DNA from: Chitinophagales bacterium
GTDB taxonomy: Bacteria; Bacteroidota; Bacteroidia; Chitinophagales; UBA10324
Direction of reading: 5' to 3'
DNA: 64,000 bases
Assembly (NCBI GenBank): GCA_025057275.1
Contig: JANWXQ010000011.1
Span: forward strand, 33,523-97,522
Part shown: positions 18,269 to 28,500 of the stretch, in pieces
Numbering within the stretch: the first letter of the stretch is position 1
Layout of the letters: every line of letters starts with the position of its first letter
Notes under the pieces: model-generated
The model's input: only the letters and a program-made list of their open reading frames with translations
Told to the model about the DNA's origin: nothing
The model's database searches: none
Position numbers and translations under genes: made by a program

Positions 18269-20422
18269 ATGAACAAACAATTCCTCCTTTTGGCTTGTTT
18301 CGCAGGCTTCAATTCAGCCACTGCGCAGTATCCGCTGGTTAGCATCAAGGATCTGCAGTTTGTCAATGACCAGCTACTGGCAGCAGGTTCGGACACTTCA
18401 GCTTATTATCTGGACACCGTCAGGGTAGAGGGCGTGGTAACCTTCAACCCCTGCGACTACGGGCTCAGCACTACCGGCAGTCGGGTGGGCACCTGGCTTT
18501 CGGACGGCAGCAGCAACGAATGGAGTGGGGTGCATGTTTTGTTGGATCCCGGAGCGATCGGATACACCGGCACCATCAACGACCTGAACACGGCCGTAAC
18601 ATTCATCGACAACTTTCAGGTGGGCAACAAGGTGCAGTGCACGGTGGTGGTTAGCAGTTTCGGCTTGAGCAATGCACCGGTGCCGGGCAATACCCAATTG
18701 CTTTTATTGCCGGCCGCTTCTTCGCTAAAGGGCATCGGGCAGCCCATACCGCAACCTCCCGTACTGACCATTGATCAGTTCATGAAAAGCGACGGCGCCG
18801 GTGGTCAGGTGCTGCAGCGGGTGACCGGCGAGCGTTGGGAAGGCGTATATGTAGAATTTCATAATGTTCAGGTGGTGGACGTCAGCTACGGTACCGGCTC
18901 CAACAGCGGCCGCATCTTCTGGAGCATTCAGGATCAGAACGGAAACAAGATGCAGATCCGCGACGTGTCGGGCTGGATCCGCAACGACACCTCCGACAAC
19001 TTCTGCACGGCGCAGGGTTCCAATACGCCCCAGTTGTGGGATATCACCCCCTATATCGGCGCCACCTTGAGTTACGTCAGGGGCATTATCCTGGAATTCT
19101 GTTCTTCCACCACCGGTTGCCAGTACTATGTGGCACCGCGCGATTGGAACGACATCGGACCGGTCAGCTTCTCTGCGCCCGTTGTCAGCAACGTTAAACT
19201 GAGTATTCCCGTTCCATCCACATCGCAGAGCCAAACGGTTTCTGCCACCATCACCGATGCCGACGGCACAGTGGCATCAGCCACCTTGTTGTATTCGGTG
19301 GGTCTGGGAAACACGTCGTTTCAGTCAGTGCCTATGCTGCAGTCCGGGGGAAATACGTGGACCGGGGTTATTCCCCCGCAAGGCCCTGACAGCATTTACG
19401 TCAATTACTGGATTAAAGCCGTGGACAATTCAGGATACGTCACCAACTTTCCGGATAGCCTGGCCACGAATTCTTTTTATTGGGTGAAAAACGATGGTGT
19501 TAATTCATTAAAAGATATTCAGTTTAATCCCACCGGATCAGGAACACCATTCCTCGCCGGCAAGTGGCTGACGAACATGAATGTGGAAGGAATCGTTATG
19601 GCCACCATCGGCTTTTCGGATTTGGGTCTGACCACCATTCAGGATGGGCCCGGTGCCTGGAACGGCATTTTTCTCCGGGGGCAGAATCTGAATCCGCTCA
19701 AGCGCGGTGACCGCATCAAAATCACTTCGGGAAAAGTTTTTGAAAGTTTTAATGTAACCTACCTGGATAGTATCACCTATCTGGTGCTTTCCTCCGGCAA
19801 TCCGCTGTATGAGCCGTATGCGGGCCTTAGTGCAGAAGACATCCGCACCGGTGTGTTTGCCGCCACCGAGCCGTTTGAAGGGGTGCTGCTTGGCTTCACC
19901 GATATCTATGTGGTCAACCAGAACCCCGATGCTCCTTCCAACTTTGGCGAGTGGGCGGTAGATCACAACACCAGCGACAACATCGGCTTGCGCTGCGACG
20001 ACTACAGCAACGACATCAACTTTGACTTCAATCTGGATTCGCTATCGCTCAATCAAAAGCTGGATTACCTGTACGGGGTGTTGTATTTCAGTTTCAGTAA
20101 CTGGAAGCTGTTGCCGCGCAACAAGAATGACATTGCCGGATACTTTACCGTTTCCGTTCAGGACGTTGATGCCGGACCTTTTCTCTCGCTGTATCCCAAC
20201 CCTACGCGCGGACTGGCCTGGCTGCGTATCGGCGGGCTTAAAACCCCGGCGCGGCTAACGGTGCGCAATTTGAGCGGCCAGACGATTTATTCCGCTGACC
20301 TGGCCGTCGCCGCCGGTCAGATCAACGAACTGACCCTGAGCGGTCTGCCTGCAGGTTGTTATCTGGTGGAATTGCGCAGCGGCATGCAATTGGCTCTCGC
20401 CAAGCTGATGGTTACACCGTAG
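18269..20422 (+). CDS. secreted protein of unknown function with T9SS type A C-terminal sorting domain
   Basis: Signal peptide ending ATAQ. CTD LSLYPNPTRGLAWLRI..LTVRNLSGQTIYS..GCYLVELRSG..KLMVTP. I recognise no catalytic motif. Confidence 0.7.
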   Translation: MNKQFLLLACFAGFNSATAQYPLVSIKDLQFVNDQLLAAGSDTSAYYLDTVRVEGVVTFNPCDYGLSTTGSRVGTWLSDGSSNEWSGVHVLLDPGAIGYTGTINDLNTAVTFIDNFQVGNKVQCTVVVSSFGLSNAPVPGNTQLLLLPAASSLKGIGQPIPQPPVLTIDQFMKSDGAGGQVLQRVTGERWEGVYVEFHNVQVVDVSYGTGSNSGRIFWSIQDQNGNKMQIRDVSGWIRNDTSDNFCTAQGSNTPQLWDITPYIGATLSYVRGIILEFCSSTTGCQYYVAPRDWNDIGPVSFSAPVVSNVKLSIPVPSTSQSQTVSATITDADGTVASATLLYSVGLGNTSFQSVPMLQSGGNTWTGVIPPQGPDSIYVNYWIKAVDNSGYVTNFPDSLATNSFYWVKNDGVNSLKDIQFNPTGSGTPFLAGKWLTNMNVEGIVMATIGFSDLGLTTIQDGPGAWNGIFLRGQNLNPLKRGDRIKITSGKVFESFNVTYLDSITYLVLSSGNPLYEPYAGLSAEDIRTGVFAATEPFEGVLLGFTDIYVVNQNPDAPSNFGEWAVDHNTSDNIGLRCDDYSNDINFDFNLDSLSLNQKLDYLYGVLYFSFSNWKLLPRNKNDIAGYFTVSVQDVDAGPFLSLYPNPTRGLAWLRIGGLKTPARLTVRNLSGQTIYSADLAVAAGQINELTLSGLPAGCYLVELRSGMQLALAKLMVTP

Positions 20423-21143
20423 CACCCGGATGGTGTGTGCAGATGTAACGCACCAGTGAGCGGCGTGCCACAGGCAGCAGGGTTTCCTGCAAGGGATAGC
20501 TGGCCATGACTTCAACGGCATAGGCAGCCGGATGGCTTTCAGCGCCCAACTGGTTGAGCACCTGCAGTTTAATGGCTTCCAGCGTGTTGGTAAAACTTTG
20601 CCGGTACTCGCCCACAAAAGCAGTGCGTATGCCGCGGAACTGCTCCTCGCTGCTTTCAAAAACCGTGATCTGGTAGCGATAAACCTGGGTGTCGCGGGTG
20701 TTGGGCAACACCAGCAGCATAAGGCCTGTTTCCGGATTCAGCGAAACAATGCCAACCGGATAAATCTGCAGGTGCTGCTCCACATCGTGATACAACTCAC
20801 GGCCTTCCATCAAACTCTGATACATGCGCGGAATGGCATAATCCAAAATGGCTTCCACCTCTTCCATGCAGGCATCATCCACAATCATGCGCTCGTATTC
20901 GACCGTAAAGTTCTCCAGGTCCACCCGGGAAATCTGCCGCGGAAATTGCTTGCTGACGTAGGTCTTGTTTTGCTTGATGGTAATCAGATTATTGTAATGG
21001 GCCAGCAAATCGCTGAGGAACGGATAGAGCCGGCATTCATCAAAGTGTTTGCTGACTTCTTTGAGGTAAGCCAGCAACAGGTATTTCTTGTACTCAAAAT
21101 CGATGAGACCTTCGGTGATCCAATTGGGCTGAAGCTGTTTCAT
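20412..21143 (-). CDS. hypothetical cytoplasmic protein (243 aa)
   Basis: Non-repetitive ORF with balanced composition and no signal peptide. The antisense ORF 20532-21275 looks like a shadow ORF. No motif recognised. Confidence 0.6.
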   Translation of the reverse strand: MKQLQPNWITEGLIDFEYKKYLLLAYLKEVSKHFDECRLYPFLSDLLAHYNNLITIKQNKTYVSKQFPRQISRVDLENFTVEYERMIVDDACMEEVEAILDYAIPRMYQSLMEGRELYHDVEQHLQIYPVGIVSLNPETGLMLLVLPNTRDTQVYRYQITVFESSEEQFRGIRTAFVGEYRQSFTNTLEAIKLQVLNQLGAESHPAAYAVEVMASYPLQETLLPVARRSLVRYICTHHPGATV

Positions 21144-21237
21144 CGGATCGGCTTTTGTCAGGCCATACTACGAAAAAAAACAATAAAAATTGTGCCGATC
21201 GGGCCTGTTTTCCACCAGTTGCCGAACCGGATGTCCG

Positions 21238-23028
21238 TTACATCCGCTGGGGTGCCGGTATGCCCAACAGACTGAGGCCTGATGCCAAAACTTGGCGCAC
21301 CCCGTCAGAAAGGTGGAGCCGCAAGGTCCGTTCGGCATCTGTAGCAGCCTGCAATACAGGGAGTTCCTGATAAAACTGGTTGTAGGTCTTGGCCAGATGA
21401 TACAGGTAGTTGGCCAGCACGGCCGGCTCCAGCTGATCGGCGGCATCCAGGAGGGTGGCAGGATATCGGTACAGCAAGCGGAGCACCTCGCGCTCACTGC
21501 GGTGGAGTGGCGCAACAGCCACCGGCTGCGACGGCAGAATGCCGGCCTTGCGCAACAGCGAGCAAATCCGGGCATGGGTGTACTGGATAAACGGGCCGGT
21601 GAACCCATGCACATCAATGGACTCTTCCGGATGGAATACCATGCGCTTACGGGCATGTACTTTTAATATAAAAAACTTCAATGCGGCCAGACCGATGGAG
21701 CGAAACAGTTCCTGTTGTTCGGCTTCGGAAAGGTCTGTCGCTTTGCCATGCTCTTTGCTGTAACGGGCTGCCGTTGCTGTCATTTCTTCCAGCAAGTCGT
21801 CGGCATCTACCACCGTGCCTTCGCGGGATTTCATGCGGCCGGTGGGGAGCTCCACCAGGCCGTAGCTGAGGTGATGGATGCCTTCGGCAAAAGGAAGCTC
21901 CAGCCGGCGGCAGATGGCTTTCAGCACCTTAAAGTGATGGTCCTGCTCGCTGGCTACGGTATAGATCATGCGCTCAGGAGCAAAATCGTTCCAGCGCTCC
22001 AGTGCCGTGGCAATATCCTGGGTGATGTAAACCGAAGTGCCATCGGCGCGCAGAAGCAGTTTGTGTTCAAGTCCTTCGGCGGATAAATCGACCCATACCG
22101 ATCCGTCGGGTTTCCGGTAAAAGATGCCTTTTTGTAAACCCTGCAGCACCAGCTCTTTGCCTTTCAGATAGGTATCGGATTCAAAATATTCTTTATCGAA
22201 CCGGATGCCCAGCTTGCGGTAGGTTTGGGCAAAGCCCTGATACACCCAGTTGTTCATGGTGGCCCACAGACCGCGCACTTCGGGATCGCCGGCTTCCCAG
22301 GCTTGCAGCATCTGCTGGACTTCGCGTTGCAAAGGCGCCTGGCGCCGGGCTTCTTCTTCGGAAAGACCCTGAGCCTGAAGCGCCTCCATTTGCTTTTTCA
22401 GTTCCTGCTCGAACCGCACGTAGTATTCACCCACCAGAAAATCGCCTTTGATGCCGCTGCTCTCCGGCGTTTCGTGCTGGCCGTACTTCTGATAGGCCAG
22501 CATGCTTTTGCAGATGTGTACCCCGCGGTCATTCAGAATATTGACGCGCACCACTTCGTGGCCAACGGCCTGCAACAGTTCACTGACAGCATAGCCGATG
22601 AAGATGTTGCGCAGGTGGCCCAGATGCAGTGGTTTGTTGGTGTTAGGTCCACAGAACTCTACCAGCACACGAGGTTTTCGGTCGGTGCTTCGGCCAAAGG
22701 TTGGATTTGTGCGCTGCTGCTCCAGAAAATCACACCAGAAGGCATCCGACAGGGTGAGGTTAATGAAGCCTTTCACCACCTCGGCGGAAACCAGCGGAGG
22801 CCAGTTTGCTTTCAGGTCTTCAGCAAGGGCAGCCGCCAGTTGGGGTAGCGGTTGTTGCAGCAATTGGGCCAGCGAAAAAGCCACAAGCGTGAAATCTGCT
22901 GCCACTTCCGGAGGGGGCAGCTTGATGAGGATGTTTTCCGGACCGACGGGCTGGTCGTAACGACGCCTCAGCAGTTCGCTGACCTGGGTTCGCAATTCGT
23001 GTTCAACCGATCCGGAAAAAGCCGCCAC
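21238..23028 (-). CDS. argS: arginine--tRNA ligase
   Basis: Class I HIGH variant PLHLGHLRN, and the characteristic C-terminal end ..GIPAPQRM. Confidence 0.92.
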   Translation of the reverse strand: MAAFSGSVEHELRTQVSELLRRRYDQPVGPENILIKLPPPEVAADFTLVAFSLAQLLQQPLPQLAAALAEDLKANWPPLVSAEVVKGFINLTLSDAFWCDFLEQQRTNPTFGRSTDRKPRVLVEFCGPNTNKPLHLGHLRNIFIGYAVSELLQAVGHEVVRVNILNDRGVHICKSMLAYQKYGQHETPESSGIKGDFLVGEYYVRFEQELKKQMEALQAQGLSEEEARRQAPLQREVQQMLQAWEAGDPEVRGLWATMNNWVYQGFAQTYRKLGIRFDKEYFESDTYLKGKELVLQGLQKGIFYRKPDGSVWVDLSAEGLEHKLLLRADGTSVYITQDIATALERWNDFAPERMIYTVASEQDHHFKVLKAICRRLELPFAEGIHHLSYGLVELPTGRMKSREGTVVDADDLLEEMTATAARYSKEHGKATDLSEAEQQELFRSIGLAALKFFILKVHARKRMVFHPEESIDVHGFTGPFIQYTHARICSLLRKAGILPSQPVAVAPLHRSEREVLRLLYRYPATLLDAADQLEPAVLANYLYHLAKTYNQFYQELPVLQAATDAERTLRLHLSDGVRQVLASGLSLLGIPAPQRM

Positions 23029-23030
23029 AA

Positions 23031-23978
23031 TCAGTTGTTCTGCAATTGGTTGGTGACTTTCAGCAGAATTTCAAAGGCATTTTCGGCCATGAAGTTTTCC
23101 CGATCCAGTGTGGGATTGACTTCAGTGATTTCAAAGCAGCAGATCTTGGGGCTTTGCACCAGACGCTGCAGCAGCGAGGCGGCCTGCTTTTCGGTGATGC
23201 CGTTGGGAGCCGGCGTGCCGGTGCCGCGCGAAATGGTGGGATCCATGCTGTCCACATCAAATGAAATGTAGATCAGATCGCAGGGCTCTACAGCCTGCAA
23301 CACTTCCCGCCCGATCTTGTCAATACCCAGATTGTTGATTTCATCGGTGGTGAAAACTTTTACCCGGTTCTGCCGGATCAAAAATTCTTCCTGCGGTTCG
23401 TAATCGCGCAATGCCACATACACCAGATTGGGGTATCGGATTTTCGGTGCAATGCCACCCAAATTTTTGAACGCTTCCCAAAAGGCTATGGTTTGTTCAT
23501 CGGGGTTGTTGACGCGCTGGGAAGGGTTGTCTTCCGCCAGCGCAGCAGCCAGCGGCATGCCGTGCAGGTTGCCGGATGGGGTAGTGTAGGGCGAATGCAG
23601 GTCGGCATGGGCATCAATCCAGATAACGCCCAGGCGGGCTTCCGGATGGGCAAGCCGAATGCCAGCAATGGTGCCCACCGCCGTGGAGTGGTCGCCGGAG
23701 ATGACAATGGGAAAAGCACCCCGGCGCAGCGTGTTGCACACGGCTTCCATCACCCGTTCGCAGACGGTCATCACATGAGGACCGCGGCGGGCATGAAGGC
23801 TGCCGGGTGCATCCAACAGTCGTTCGTTTTCGTCAGGAATGACCTCTGCTGGAAACTGGCGGAAGAAACTGCTGCCAAAGTCCAATGCCGCAATGCGGAT
23901 AGCTTCAAAGCCCAGACTGGCGCCGCGTGTGCCAGCGCCAAGTTCCGATTCTACGGCCAGGATTTGAATCTGGCGCAT
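23031..23978 (-). CDS. arginase-family ureohydrolase (arginase or agmatinase)
   Basis: Mn-ligand motifs SGDHS, IWIDAHADLHSP, SGNLHGMP and SFDVDSMDP. 2-nt gap to argS. Confidence 0.8.
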   Translation of the reverse strand: MRQIQILAVESELGAGTRGASLGFEAIRIAALDFGSSFFRQFPAEVIPDENERLLDAPGSLHARRGPHVMTVCERVMEAVCNTLRRGAFPIVISGDHSTAVGTIAGIRLAHPEARLGVIWIDAHADLHSPYTTPSGNLHGMPLAAALAEDNPSQRVNNPDEQTIAFWEAFKNLGGIAPKIRYPNLVYVALRDYEPQEEFLIRQNRVKVFTTDEINNLGIDKIGREVLQAVEPCDLIYISFDVDSMDPTISRGTGTPAPNGITEKQAASLLQRLVQSPKICCFEITEVNPTLDRENFMAENAFEILLKVTNQLQNN

Positions 23979-23982
23979 GGGT

Positions 23983-23990
23983 CAAAGATA
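23983..23990 (-). promoter_or_regulatory. -7 promoter box (TATCTTTG on the minus strand) for the ureohydrolase-argS operon
   Basis: Exact TAnnTTTG match followed by 4 nt and then ATG 23978, which predicts a leaderless or near-leaderless mRNA. Confidence 0.4.
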
Positions 23991-24095
23991 GCAACGCCCG
24001 TTACCGTCGTTGAAAATTTCCCCGCCGGCTGCTCCAGATGACCTTGGTTTTTCCTTTAGATTCGCACGACTTTTTTAAAATGCGCCTGCCGCGAA

Positions 24096-25490
24096 ATGAC
24101 CAACACCTATCGCGACCTGATTCATCAGACGTTTGATTTTCCGCAAAACGGCTTTGAAGAAGAAAACGGTGAACTCATTTTCAACGGCGTGCGCGTGATG
24201 GACATCATCCGTCGCTACGGCACTCCGCTTAAGCTGGTATATCTGCCGAAGATTTCAGAGAAAATCCGCGAGGCGCAAGCCATGTTTCGCAAAGCCTTCA
24301 AACAGCACAAATACAAAGGCAAATACTATTACAGCTATTGCACCAAAAGCTCTCATTTCAGTTATGTGCTGGAAGAAGTGCTGAAAAACAAAGTGCATAT
24401 AGAAACTTCCTATGCTTACGATATCGAAATCATCCGAAAGCTCTATCAGCGGAAGCTCATTGACAAGGAACGGTTCATCATCTGCAATGGATTCAAGGAA
24501 CGCACCTACACCAGCAAGATAGCCAGTCTGATCAACGACGGCTTTGTAAACACCATTCCGGTCTTGGACAACAAAGAGGAGCTGGAAGCCTACCAGCGGT
24601 CGGTACGCGGCGTTTGCCGCATCGGCATTCGCATTGCTGCAGAAGAAGAACCGACGTTTGAGTTCTATACCAGCCGGCTGGGCATTCGCTGGCGCGACAT
24701 ATTGGAATTTTATGTGCAGCAGATTCACAACAACAAAAAGTTTGAATTGCGCATGCTGCACTTTTTCATCAACACCGGCATACGCGACAATGCCTATTAC
24801 TGGAGTGAACTCAACAAAGCGCTCAATGTATTCTGTCAGTTGCGCAAGATCTGCCCGACACTTACGGCACTCAACATTGGCGGTGGTTTTCCCATACGCA
24901 ATTCCCTGGGCTTTGAATACGATTATCAGTACATGGTGAGCGAAATCGTTTTGCAGATCCAGAGTGCCTGCCGGCGCAACCGCATTCCCGTACCCGATAT
25001 CTTCACCGAATTTGGCAGTTTTACGGTAGGAGAAAGCGGAGCCAACATTTACAAGGTCATCGGACAGAAGCAGCAGAACGATGCCGAGCTGTGGTACATG
25101 ATTGATTCTTCCCTCATCACCACGTTGCCCGATACCTGGGGCATTGGCCAGCGTTTTCTGATGCTGCCCATCAACAAATGGGACAGGGAATACCAGAAGG
25201 TGAATCTGGGCGGACTAACCTGCGACGCGCAGGATTACTACAACTCCGAAGTGCACATCAACCAGGTTTTTCTTCCCAAAACCTATAACGGCGATCCGTT
25301 ATACATCGGTTTTTTTCATACAGGAGCCTATCAGGATCAGCTCAGCGGCTACGGCGGCATCAAGCATTGCCTGATTCCTTCGCCCAAGGTGGTGTTGGTG
25401 GAACGCGATAAGGACGGCCGGCTGACCGATCGCCTCTTTGCCCGCCAGCAGACTGCGGCCAGCATGCTGAAAATTCTCGGATATACCTAA
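24096..25490 (+). CDS. speA: arginine decarboxylase (short Bacteroidota-type, fold-type III PLP enzyme)
   Basis: 464 aa. N-terminal ..RRYGTPLKLVYLPKISEKI.., and LNIGGGFP. Recalled as typical of ~465-aa SpeA-like proteins in Bacteroidota. Confidence 0.75.
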   Translation: MTNTYRDLIHQTFDFPQNGFEEENGELIFNGVRVMDIIRRYGTPLKLVYLPKISEKIREAQAMFRKAFKQHKYKGKYYYSYCTKSSHFSYVLEEVLKNKVHIETSYAYDIEIIRKLYQRKLIDKERFIICNGFKERTYTSKIASLINDGFVNTIPVLDNKEELEAYQRSVRGVCRIGIRIAAEEEPTFEFYTSRLGIRWRDILEFYVQQIHNNKKFELRMLHFFINTGIRDNAYYWSELNKALNVFCQLRKICPTLTALNIGGGFPIRNSLGFEYDYQYMVSEIVLQIQSACRRNRIPVPDIFTEFGSFTVGESGANIYKVIGQKQQNDAELWYMIDSSLITTLPDTWGIGQRFLMLPINKWDREYQKVNLGGLTCDAQDYYNSEVHINQVFLPKTYNGDPLYIGFFHTGAYQDQLSGYGGIKHCLIPSPKVVLVERDKDGRLTDRLFARQQTAASMLKILGYT

Positions 25491-25505
25491 CCGGTCGTTC
25501 CGGTT
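25489..25505. terminator. short hairpin between convergent speA and smc stops (AACCGG-tcgtt-CCGGTT)
   Basis: A 6-bp stem with a 5-nt loop fills the 14-nt gap and touches both stop codons. Weak, with no U-tract. Confidence 0.25.
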
Positions 25506-28500
25506 CAGTTCAGGTGACGGAAATCCACAGGTACTACGCTGCTGACGCCTTCTTCCGGCATGGTGATGCCGTAAATGCAATCCACGGAGGCCATGGTCTG
25601 CTTGTTGTGGGTTACCAGAATGAACTGCGACTTCTGTGAAAAATCGCGAACGATGCGGTTGAACTTGCTGATGTTGGCATCATCCAGCGGGGCATCCACT
25701 TCATCGAGCACGCAGAAGGGAGCGGGCTTGTAGAGGTAAAGGGCAAACAGCAGGGCTATGGCCGTCAGGGTTTTTTCGCCGCCGCTGAGCTGATCGATGA
25801 TCTGCGGTTTTTTCCCTTTTGGTCGGGCGATGATCTGTATGGCCGATTCCAACGGATTGTCCGGATCCTCCAGCACGAGATCACATTCATCGTCTTCTGA
25901 GAACAAACTCTTGAATACCCGCTGAAAATTTCCCTTGACCGATTCAAAAGCTTCGGTGAAACGCTGGCGGGCCGTGGTTTCAATTTCGGAAATCGTAGCC
26001 AGCAGCGATTCCCTGGCGGCCAGCAGATCGTTTTTCTGCGCCTGAATGAACTCGCATCGCTGCTTCATCTCCTGATAGGCCTCCATGGCCATGGGATTGA
26101 TTTCGCCGAACGTTTCCAGCCGGCGGCGCAGCCGTTCGGTTTTTTGCTCCAGTTCTTCCCGACTTTGGGCGGGATCGGGTGAACGCTCCAGCAATCCGTC
26201 CAACGAAACCTTAAACTCCAGTTCCATACGGTCGCGCAGCGACTGTAACTGCAGCTTCAGCTCATTGAGCTGGTCCTTTACCTCCGAAAGCAGCTGTCGC
26301 GTGTGCTCCCGGTTGCGTTGAGCTGTTAGGTGCTGTTCTTCCAGTTGGCTGATTTCCGAACGGCAACTGTAGTAACGTTGTTCTGCCTGCGTAAGTTGTT
26401 GTTCCAGCGAGGTCTGGGTCTGCCGGTCTGCCGAAAGTTCCTCTTCCAGCTGCTGTAAGGCTTGCTCGCCGGTCGTTCGGCTTTGGGTTCGTTGCTGTAT
26501 TTCGGCACCGTAGGCCTCCAGTTGTTCGGCTAGTTGCGACAGTTGCTGACGTCTGAGCTCCAGCTCGCGCTGACGGGCTGCCAGCTGATCGCTTTCACGA
26601 ACCATCTGCACATGCAGATCGTTGTAGGTGGCTGTAGCGATTTGCAACTGTTGCTCCGAAGCGGCCAGCTGTTGCGTGAGTTCTGTGAGGCGGCTGGTCA
26701 AATGCTCCAATTGGCCGTCGGCGGTTTGGAGCTGTAGGAGCAACTGACGTTCTTCTTCCTGCAGGCGGGCCAGCGATGCAGCGCGCAATTCGCTGTGTTG
26801 CACGTATTGACGGCTGGCCTTTTCCAGTGTTTCTCTATGAGCGCGAAGGGCGGAAACCTCCTGGCGGATGCTGTGCCACTCTTCGCGCACCCGATCCAGG
26901 GCTTCATCCTGCGACTGGCTGCGCAACTGCAGCAGGTCTTCCTGCAAGGCACGGATGGTTTGCTGCAATTCGCCGGCCTCCTGTTGCTGTTGGCGGATTT
27001 CCGCTTCCAGCGCTTCCAGATTTTTGATGCGCCCCAGACGTTTTCCGGAAATCAACCCCACATGACCGCCGGAAAGATGATGGGCTCCTCGGATGTAACG
27101 GCCGCTTTTGGCCAGCAACACAGCCCCCCGGGGGGCAACAGGAGCCGCCCCCTCATCATCTCGGAGTACAAACACGTTTCCCAGCAAGTGCTGCACCAGC
27201 GCCTGATAAGGCCGATCCACTTCCACCAGCTCCAAGGCTGACATCGTTCCCGACGGAACGGGCAATGGGGCAGGAGGATCTTCCATTTCACTGAGAACAA
27301 AGAAGCTGGCCCGACCTTTTGCTGACTGGTGCAACAGGCTTATGGCAGCCCAGGCTTCTTCCGGATTGCGCACCACGTAATAGTTCAGGTAAGGATCCAG
27401 ATAGGTTTCTATAGCCACGCGGTATTCGGCCGGGCAGTTGATGATGTCACCCAACAGAGGGGCGTGAGTGCTCCATTCCGTATGCTGGCGCAGGTAACGG
27501 ATGGATTCCGGAAAGCCTTCCAGATTATCCAGAAAACTTTTGGTCAGGTTGTATTCGTTCTGCCGCGCATCCAGATGCCGGTAGATGGCTCGCAGTTCGT
27601 CATGCAGGCGATCCAGTTCGGTTTCGTTTTGCTCGATCTCCTGCTGCAACAAATCGCCGGCCTGAATAAGCTGCCGCACTTCTTCATGCTTCTGCTGCTC
27701 CTGTTGCTGACAGGTCTGCAGCGAGGCGGACACTTGCACAAGTTCCTCTTGCCGTTGTTGCTCGTCGCTGTGGGCCCGTTCCTGCTCGTCGGCAAGCGAC
27801 TGGCGCTGGGCGCGACATACCGAAAGCTGCCGTTGCAGGTCAGCCAGTTGCCGCTCGGCCTCTTCGCGCTGGCTGCGGTGGGCTTCCTGCCGTTGTTTCA
27901 GGTCGGCGTATTCTGATTTTACCCTTGCCAGCTCGCGGGCTGCCGCATCCAGATCGCGACGGGCACGTTGCAGCGCTTCGTCGCAATGCAGGCATCCGGC
28001 TTCCAGTTGACCGGCCTGTTGCTGTACTTGATGCTGCTCCTGACCAGCCCGCTGCGTCAGTTCCTGAAGTCGGGTCAACTGTTCGTCATCGTGGCGGAGC
28101 GCTTCTTGCAGCAGTGCTTTCTGATGTTCCTTGCTGCGCAGGGCATCGGTGAATTCCTGCAGGCGACGGCCGGCAGCTGTGAGCTGTTGCTCGTATTCCA
28201 GTTGACGCAGCTTTTCTCCTTCCAGCCGGCAGGCCAACTCGTCCAGCCAGGCATCGTGTTGTACCAGTTCGTTTTCCAGTTGCTGCTGCTGCTGTTGCAA
28301 ACCCTGCAGCTGGTGCTTGTGGCCTTCCAGCAGGTGCAGGGCCAGTTCAATGCTTGCCTCGCGATAGCTATCCTTCAGCTGGTAATAGCGCTCGGCTTTG
28401 CGGGCCTGACTTTCCAGCGCCTTCAGGTTGTTCTCGATTTCAAAAAGCAGGTCGTCCACCCGGTTTACATCCTGCTGGGTGGCTTCCAGTTTGGCCAGAG

